From Asterias rubens (lineage: Eukaryota): 64,000 nt of DNA. The DNA is taken from positions 5,208,001 to 5,272,000 of the forward strand of contig NC_047080.1 of the NCBI RefSeq assembly GCF_902459465.1, given 5' to 3'. Shown piece by piece: positions 61,841 to 64,000 of this stretch (positions are counted from its first letter, which is position 1; the number at the start of each line of letters is the position of its first letter). A model generated the notes under the pieces. That model made no database searches and was not told the origin of the DNA. It saw only the letters and a list, made by a program, of their open reading frames with translations. A program made the position numbers and the translations under genes.

Positions 61841-63275
61841 CTGGTCATGTAGTTATCAAAACGGAGAAAAAAAACACAAGAAAACGGTTTATTCTACAAG
61901 ATGATATTATATTATTATTATACCCTGGAGTGGATCAGAACTCTTGAACTTGAACCTGCAAATCTGGATAAACTGAAAGTTAGTTCACGAGGAAAGAAAA
62001 TTTACAGACGTACCAAGTAAAAATGCACAAGCATTACAACATGTAACTGACTACATTCCAGGGACAGTACTGTAGGTTCCTTTAAATAGACTATAAAAGC
62101 TAAAAGTATATCAAATGCACTACAGACCAAATGGCAAACTACCAACCAGCAACTACTCCTAAATATACTGTTACCATGGTAATGCATCTCCCATACGCTC
62201 ATATACACAGTCTCAAGAAGGTCAAAAAGACGGATATAACGGTTCTAAAAAAACTACATGCTACAAATTCCGCATACCATGTATTTGAAGACTCTACCAC
62301 AAACAGAAGATAATGTTGTTAAATTACAACAAGATACACAGTTAAAGATAAATACAACAGATCTAATCGGATACAGAGTTCAAGAAAAAATCTAAAATCG
62401 GAAGTCATGATGCAACAATTGAGACCGCTCATTATCCATGATGCATCGTGATAGCATAGGAGACATATAAGACGTAGCCACAAGAAGGCAAAAGACATAG
62501 CCACAAGTACCAAGAGGCATTGCCGGAAGATGCCAAGAGGCATAGCCATAAGAAGCCGAGAGCTGTAGCCACAAGAAGCCAAAAGCCAAAAGATTACAAA
62601 GCGTCAGTAAAATGCAAAAGGTTATAGACTCGGCAAGATGAGCATCTGATCTGGCCACAAGAGGTAATTATAAAATTATTCACATTTGTCTTGGTGATAA
62701 TTGTTTCATTTATACCCAACAAAAATATTTGTGGTAGTGTTTTTGAGATTGAGATATTCCTACAAATCTGCAGCAGGAAAAATAATCAATAATTAGAATA
62801 CACAATCCGAGTAGAAATGTGTCTCAGTGTTTGACTTGATTTCTCTAAATACACATTCCTTTGTTTCTCAAAATATTATACATTATCAAAAGCTGCAGTG
62901 CTTATTACCAAGTAAGTTTTTCTGGTTTTAATTTTTTATTAACTTCTATAATACTGGTATACCCTCACTTTAAACTCAACCAAAAACTCCTTTAATAAAT
63001 TGGTTTAGCCTTTGAGAAAGACTCTGCTGGGGTTGAAATGTCTGTTAGTACCCACGGCAATGGTTTGAGAAAATGTGGAAAGGAGTGCCACTTAAAAAAT
63101 GAGGATAAAGAAAATGACGCTTTCAAACGGCACAGCAATCAAACATTGTATTATTCCTTAATGGTAATAGATGTTGATGAGAAAATACAAAAACCTGAAT
63201 AAATTTAAAACTTAAACAGAACTGCAAACTTAAAAAAACAACAAAAAAATCACTCTCAGAGTAACCGAAAATTAC

Positions 63276-63371
63276 TTTTCTGAATTTGTTTGTGAAGAGT
63301 TTTTGATAGTAGATATTGTTAATATCCATGTAGGGGTTTTCTTTGTAGTGCTTCTGGAAAATGGACAACTC
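63276..63371 (-). CDS. Candidate CaV2 cassette exon (ELSIFQKHYKENPYMDINNIYYQKLFTNKFRK), phase 0 to 0
   Basis: Long pyrimidine tract ...cttcccgctactcgtag|GAG...AAA|gtaatt; 96 nt, open. Confidence 0.4.
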
Positions 63372-63807
63372 CTACGAGTAGCGGGAAGCAGGCATTGAAA
63401 GGAGGGAATAAAAGGCGGGTAAATACATGCAAATTCATGCAAATTATATGTAAAGTCATGCAAATTATATGCAAATGATTGCAACACAGCAAAATCAAAC
63501 AAAATGGAAACAAACAAATGATGATATTTATAAGCATAAGTTTAAGCAAATTATAATGAATAAAGTAATCAAAAGTTTGGGAAAAAACCCAAATACAAAA
63601 CATCAATGAAATCAAACAATGGAAATCAAAGTGAAAGTGCAAAAACAGCGGGTTTCATGGTATTCTTATGACACAGCAACAAAATTTTAAAAAAGATGAA
63701 ATCTGTACACAAAAAATGGGCGTGTCAGTGACAAATAAATAAAATAATGATGATGGGTTAGCAACCAGAGCAAAGGACAATCCCTGTGCTTCTTTTGGAG
63801 TGTGTGT

Positions 63808-63890
63808 GTGTTGGGGGGGAGGGGGGGTGAGGGGGGGGAGGGGGGGGTGAGGGGGGGAGGGGGGGGGGGGGGGGGGGGGTGAGGGGGGAG
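63808..63890 (+). repeat. G-run low-complexity tract (G-quadruplex-capable)
   Basis: Many runs of 6 or more G separated by A or TGA. Confidence 0.85.
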
Positions 63891-64000
63891 TGTGGTGATT
63901 TGTGGCATCAGTGAATGGAAGTGTTGGCGGAGCTTTGCTGCGATAATTTGGGGATTTATAAAGCGATGCGGTGTTATAGCAGCAAATAAAGTTATTATTT

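Overview
AT-rich metazoan genomic DNA, probably echinoderm/sea star (inferred from gene content, intron style and repeat families; not proven). There is no prokaryote-like gene structure. Two large intron-rich genes lie on the minus strand. (1) The 3' end of a presynaptic CaV2-type calcium channel alpha-1 gene. Seven exons (48238-47919, 44011-43858, 37148-37017, 36698-36618, 34392-33139, 32096-32027, 30521-29728) chain with compatible splice phases into a 934-aa distal C-terminal tail ending GYSDTEEDEWA*. Several candidate cassette exons and microexons lie around this chain, and the IQ exon was not found in the window. (2) About 9 kb downstream, the 5' end of a hemicentin gene, which appears to have two tandem, intact, diverged first coding exons (20458-20161 and 17751/17715-17379). 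Each encodes a signal peptide plus the first part of the vWA domain, and both end at the same phase-1 donor. Exon 2 was not found, so 1-17378 is read as intron. The rest is MITEs (TTAA-flanked Kolobok/T2-like, Mutator-like and others), tRNA-derived SINEs, long palindromes, minisatellites and a 698-N assembly gap. All splice models were derived by eye and need RNA-seq confirmation.
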